A stretch of DNA of 64,000 bases from a phage, in sequence record PZ172995.1; one strand, 5' to 3'. Numbering within the stretch: position 1 is the stretch's first letter; the number at the start of each line of letters is the position of its first letter. The translations under genes were made by a program, and so were the position numbers. The notes under the pieces were generated by a model, which was given only the letters and a program-made list of their open reading frames with translations, searched no databases and was not told the origin of the DNA. Shown here in pieces: positions 60,363 through 64,000 of the stretch.

Positions 60363-62597
60363 ATGATTAAGACAATTAAAAAATCAAACGGTACAGTAGT
60401 AAACTTTGACCCAGAAAGACTGAATAAGTGGGCATCATGGGCAGATAAGCGTGGTATTATCTGGTCAGAAGTCACTATGGAAGCTATGAAACGTGTCTAT
60501 GAAGGTTGCACCACAAAAGAGATGCACCAAGCCATGATTGATGTTTGTGTTGATAAACAAACTCAAGAGTACTCAGATATGGCTGGACGGCTACTTCTGG
60601 GAATTATCTACAAAGAAGCCTTTGGAGGCTTTACTAAGGTTCCTACGCTGGTTACCTTCGTTAAAAATATGGAGAGAGCAGGACTTTGGGAGAAGATGGA
60701 TTATTCTCAGGAAGAGCTTGAATATCTGCAAGGGTACATTGTGCACTCAAAAGATATCTCTTACGGTTATGCAGTCCTGAAACAGTTCAGAGACAAGTAT
60801 GGTATCCGTGATATTAAAACGGGAAGACTTTTTGAGTCACCACAATTTATGTTTATGGGTATGGCTATGAAAGCCTTTGAGAAGCAACCAAAGCACCGTA
60901 GACTGCAAGATGTTATCAAGCTGTACACTTACCTATCTGACCTGAAGATTAACGCTCCTACGCCTTATCTGAATGGTTTAAGAGCTACTAAATCAGGTTA
61001 TGCGTCATGCTGTTTGATTAAGGCGAATGATACTGCTGAGTCTCTAGGTATTGCTGCAAAGGTTGCCTATGACATGACCACAAAGCAAGCTGGTATTGGT
61101 ATGCTGATGGAGACTCGCACTATTGGTGATGGTATCCGTCAAAATACTATTGAGCATATGGGTAAGCTGCCTTATTACAAGCTTGTACGTTCATCTGTAG
61201 AGGCAAACAAACAAAAGAGCCGTGGTGGTTCAGCTAACAACTTCTACACTGCTCTAGACCCGCAGATTGAAGATTTACTGCGTTTGAAGCACCCTACAAC
61301 GGTTCCTTCGAAACGTATTAATGAGATGGACTACTCATTCGGCACAAATGATTATTTCTGGCAGTGTGTTCAATATGATACCGATTGGTTGCTATTCTCT
61401 TACAAGGATGCACCAAAACTCTATGACATGTTCTACACAGCATCTGCTGATGAGTTTGCTATGGCAGTTGGTCACGCAGTACATTCAGGTGTTAAGCACA
61501 GACGGGTGAAGGCTCGTGAAATTGCTAAACTGTTTATCCAGCAGCGTTATGCAACAGGCCGTGTGTACCCATTCTTCACGAATAATGCAAACACACATAC
61601 ACCATTTAAAGAACCTTTGAAGATGTCAAATCTTTGTATGGAAATTGTGTTGCCAGTGTATGGGTTTGAGAAAGAGACAGACCTTTACAGAGATGATGCT
61701 GTGAAAGAGGATGGTGAGGTAGCTCTTTGCTTCCTAGCTAGTTTGGTTGCAGGGAGAATTTCAGAAGATGAATACGCTGACGTTGCTTATTATGCTCTTG
61801 CAATGGTTGACTCCGTTATTGACCTTATGGATTATCCGTATCCGTCGATGCGCAACCATGTTCAGAAGCGTCGTTCTGTTGGTATTGGCCTTACAAATGT
61901 GGCTCATTACCTTGCGAAAAACTACGTGAACTACTCTTCAAGAGCAGGTAAGACGAAGCTTCATGAGCTTGCTGAAATGCACTCTTACTACTTACACGAA
62001 GCTTCTTTAAGACTTGCTAAAGAACGTGGTGTACCTGAGTATATGCAGTTCACTAAGTATCCTGAAGGTTGGGTTCCTCCGAAGACAGCTAACAGGAAGA
62101 TTGATGAGAAGCATGATGCAAAACTTCGTTATGATTGGGATGACTTAGCACAACGTATTAAAGAAAATGGTGGAATCCGCAACTCTGTATTAGAAGCTTA
62201 CATGCCTAATGAAAGTTCTTCACTGGCAACTAATACGACAAATGGCTTGTATCCAATTCGTGACTTTATTTTAACTAAAAAGTCTGCAACTGGTAACGTA
62301 CTGTTTATTGTTCCAGATTACGAAGAGTTGAAGTATGTCTATGAAATTGCTTGGGATATTGACACCTTTGACCTGATTGATTGTTATGCAATTGTTCAAA
62401 AGTTCACTGGTCAAGCTATCTCTTCAGATTTCTATGTTGACTATGCAAAGTCTAAGAAGGTATCATTGGCTCAAGCTTTGAAGTACATGATTTATGCCAA
62501 CTCAGTAGGTATGAAAACCATGTACTACCTTAACAGTCGCATTGGTGTAGGTAAATCTGCACTGCAAGATGCTTATTGCGAGGGTTGTGGTGTTTAG
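60363..62597 (+). CDS. nrdA: ribonucleoside-diphosphate reductase large subunit (class I)
   Basis: NLCMEIVLP active-site motif and C-terminal CEGCGV in the 744-aa translation; followed by nrdB. Confidence 0.9.
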   Translation: MIKTIKKSNGTVVNFDPERLNKWASWADKRGIIWSEVTMEAMKRVYEGCTTKEMHQAMIDVCVDKQTQEYSDMAGRLLLGIIYKEAFGGFTKVPTLVTFVKNMERAGLWEKMDYSQEELEYLQGYIVHSKDISYGYAVLKQFRDKYGIRDIKTGRLFESPQFMFMGMAMKAFEKQPKHRRLQDVIKLYTYLSDLKINAPTPYLNGLRATKSGYASCCLIKANDTAESLGIAAKVAYDMTTKQAGIGMLMETRTIGDGIRQNTIEHMGKLPYYKLVRSSVEANKQKSRGGSANNFYTALDPQIEDLLRLKHPTTVPSKRINEMDYSFGTNDYFWQCVQYDTDWLLFSYKDAPKLYDMFYTASADEFAMAVGHAVHSGVKHRRVKAREIAKLFIQQRYATGRVYPFFTNNANTHTPFKEPLKMSNLCMEIVLPVYGFEKETDLYRDDAVKEDGEVALCFLASLVAGRISEDEYADVAYYALAMVDSVIDLMDYPYPSMRNHVQKRRSVGIGLTNVAHYLAKNYVNYSSRAGKTKLHELAEMHSYYLHEASLRLAKERGVPEYMQFTKYPEGWVPPKTANRKIDEKHDAKLRYDWDDLAQRIKENGGIRNSVLEAYMPNESSSLATNTTNGLYPIRDFILTKKSATGNVLFIVPDYEELKYVYEIAWDIDTFDLIDCYAIVQKFTGQAISSDFYVDYAKSKKVSLAQALKYMIYANSVGMKTMYYLNSRIGVGKSALQDAYCEGCGV

Positions 62598-62610
62598 TTT
62601 TAATAACTAT

Positions 62611-62630
62611 GAGGGTCGTAAAAGACCCTC
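62611..62630 (+). terminator. hairpin between nrdA and the downstream small ORF (possible attenuator)
   Basis: GAGGGTC-GTAAAA-GACCCTC with weak T-tail. Confidence 0.35.
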
Positions 62631-62652
62631 TAAAATTAACTTTGGAGAAACT

Positions 62653-62910
62653 ATGAAAGACTTAATAGCAAATCACGAGTGGCCCATATACTTGCTCCAC
62701 AAACCTCGGAAAACGATGTACTATGTGAGTAGCACAGACATGATGATAAAACAAAATGATGACTCATGGGTCGCTGGTGTCTCTTACATCTCTACAGCAG
62801 ATGGTAAAATCTATGCAAGACCTTATGACATGTTTAACAAAGAAAATTGGGAAGTTTTAGACAGAAAACAAGCCTTAGAGATGATAAAGAAAGGAGAAAT
62901 CACACTATGA
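62653..62910 (+). CDS. hypothetical small protein between nrdA and nrdB
   Basis: ATG at 62653 with GGAGAAA RBS; stop overlaps nrdB start (ATGA). Confidence 0.5.
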   Translation: MKDLIANHEWPIYLLHKPRKTMYYVSSTDMMIKQNDDSWVAGVSYISTADGKIYARPYDMFNKENWEVLDRKQALEMIKKGEITL

Positions 62911-63980
62911 TTAACCAACACCCAATCTTTTTAGGTGGTGAGAGAAAAACTTTTGACTCACTTAATAAACACTACCCAAAAATCTTTGAACTTTATAAAC
63001 AACAAAAAGCACAAGACTGGTCAGAAGATGAGTTCCCTTTTGAACAATCACGTCTTGATTTTGAGAGTGTTCCAGCATCTATGTCAGGTGTAATGCTTGA
63101 GATTCTTAAGTGGCAATGGGAAGCAGATACCCAAGTTGCTAAGAGCTTGGCATTTGCCTTTGCACCATTTATCTCTGATGACATCTATGCAACTGCAATT
63201 ATGAAGCAGTCGGAGATTGAAAACCTACATGCTCTTACTTACTCGGAGATTGTAAGGCAATGTATTAAAAATCCTGAAACAATCTTAGATGAGATTAACC
63301 AGAATGTTGCTGTACAAGACCGATTAAAAACTGTGAATCGTGTTCTTGAAGAATTACTAGATGAAGGCATAAACTATCGTCTGAGTTATGTCCGTGACTC
63401 GCTTCTGGACAAAGACCCTTTACACTTTCATAAAGTGATTCTAAAAGGTCTATTTGCAGTGACTGCACTTGAAGGTATCTCTTTTATGGCATCCTTTGCA
63501 TGTACTTTTGCACTTGATGCTCAAGATAAATTTCAAGGTATTGCTCAAGCTGTCCAGAAAATTATGCTTGACGAAATCCTTCACACTAAAATTGATATTG
63601 AAGTTTTAAAAGAAACTTTAAGAGATGATGAGTGGCAAAAAGCTTTCCAACAAATTCTCCCAGAGATTAAAGTAATCTTAGATGAAGTAGTTGAAAGCGA
63701 AGAGAAATGGTCGTATTATATCTTCTCCGAAGGACGCGCTGTAGTTGGGTTAAATACAAAACTTCTTCATGAGTGGGTTTACTATAATGCTGCCCCACTG
63801 TATGATATGTTTGGCATTCCCAGAGATTTTGTAGCTCCTAAAGAACCACCTTTGAAGTATATGATTAAGAAGATGGAAATTGATAAAGAGCAGAATGCTA
63901 ATCAGGAGCAACAGAACGGTGCGTATTTATTGAATACTGTTGTAGATGATTTGAATAGTGGATTTTTAGAGGTTCCTTAA
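62907..63980 (+). CDS. nrdB: ribonucleoside-diphosphate reductase small subunit
   Basis: Diiron-ligand regions EIENLHALTYSEIV and MLDEILHTK; ATG at 62907 with AAGGAG RBS (track start 62847 is upstream non-ATG). Confidence 0.85.
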   Translation: MINQHPIFLGGERKTFDSLNKHYPKIFELYKQQKAQDWSEDEFPFEQSRLDFESVPASMSGVMLEILKWQWEADTQVAKSLAFAFAPFISDDIYATAIMKQSEIENLHALTYSEIVRQCIKNPETILDEINQNVAVQDRLKTVNRVLEELLDEGINYRLSYVRDSLLDKDPLHFHKVILKGLFAVTALEGISFMASFACTFALDAQDKFQGIAQAVQKIMLDEILHTKIDIEVLKETLRDDEWQKAFQQILPEIKVILDEVVESEEKWSYYIFSEGRAVVGLNTKLLHEWVYYNAAPLYDMFGIPRDFVAPKEPPLKYMIKKMEIDKEQNANQEQQNGAYLLNTVVDDLNSGFLEVP

Positions 63981-64000
63981 TGACTTATGTAATTTACTCC

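Overview
This window reads as a contiguous piece of a tailed dsDNA phage genome with four transcriptional blocks separated by strand switches. (1) 1-1190 is a non-coding region packed with short degenerate YTGTTAR repeats. (2) 1192-9098 (minus strand) holds about 18 small, mostly unrecognisable genes plus a T4-lysozyme-like endolysin and an Ig-like-domain protein with a tandem paralog. (3) 9348-40602 (plus strand) holds a DUF2828-like protein with a vWA/MIDAS motif, an array of about 27 tRNA genes covering all 20 amino acids and interspersed with conserved hairpin elements and three embedded ORFs, then a tightly packed late operon: large terminase, portal, S49-type prohead protease/scaffold, major capsid, sheath and tube, a chaperone pair with a -1 frameshift site, tape measure, baseplate genes and two His-rich tail fibres. 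(4) 40639-51270 (minus) and 51528-63980 (plus) form the nucleotide-metabolism and replication module: thymidylate synthase, DHFR, ATP-dependent DNA ligase, family A DNA polymerase, dNMP kinase, primase-helicase, SSB-like protein, 5'-3' exonuclease, GIY-YIG nuclease, NrdA and NrdB. The most interesting candidate is the DUF2828-like protein next to tRNA-like structured RNA elements in the tRNA array, which may be a phage Ro60/Y-RNA-like module. All calls come from reading the sequence and ORF translations by hand; no searches were run, tRNA coordinates are approximate to about 3 nt, and the TROVE/Ro60 resemblance rests on recalled family signatures.
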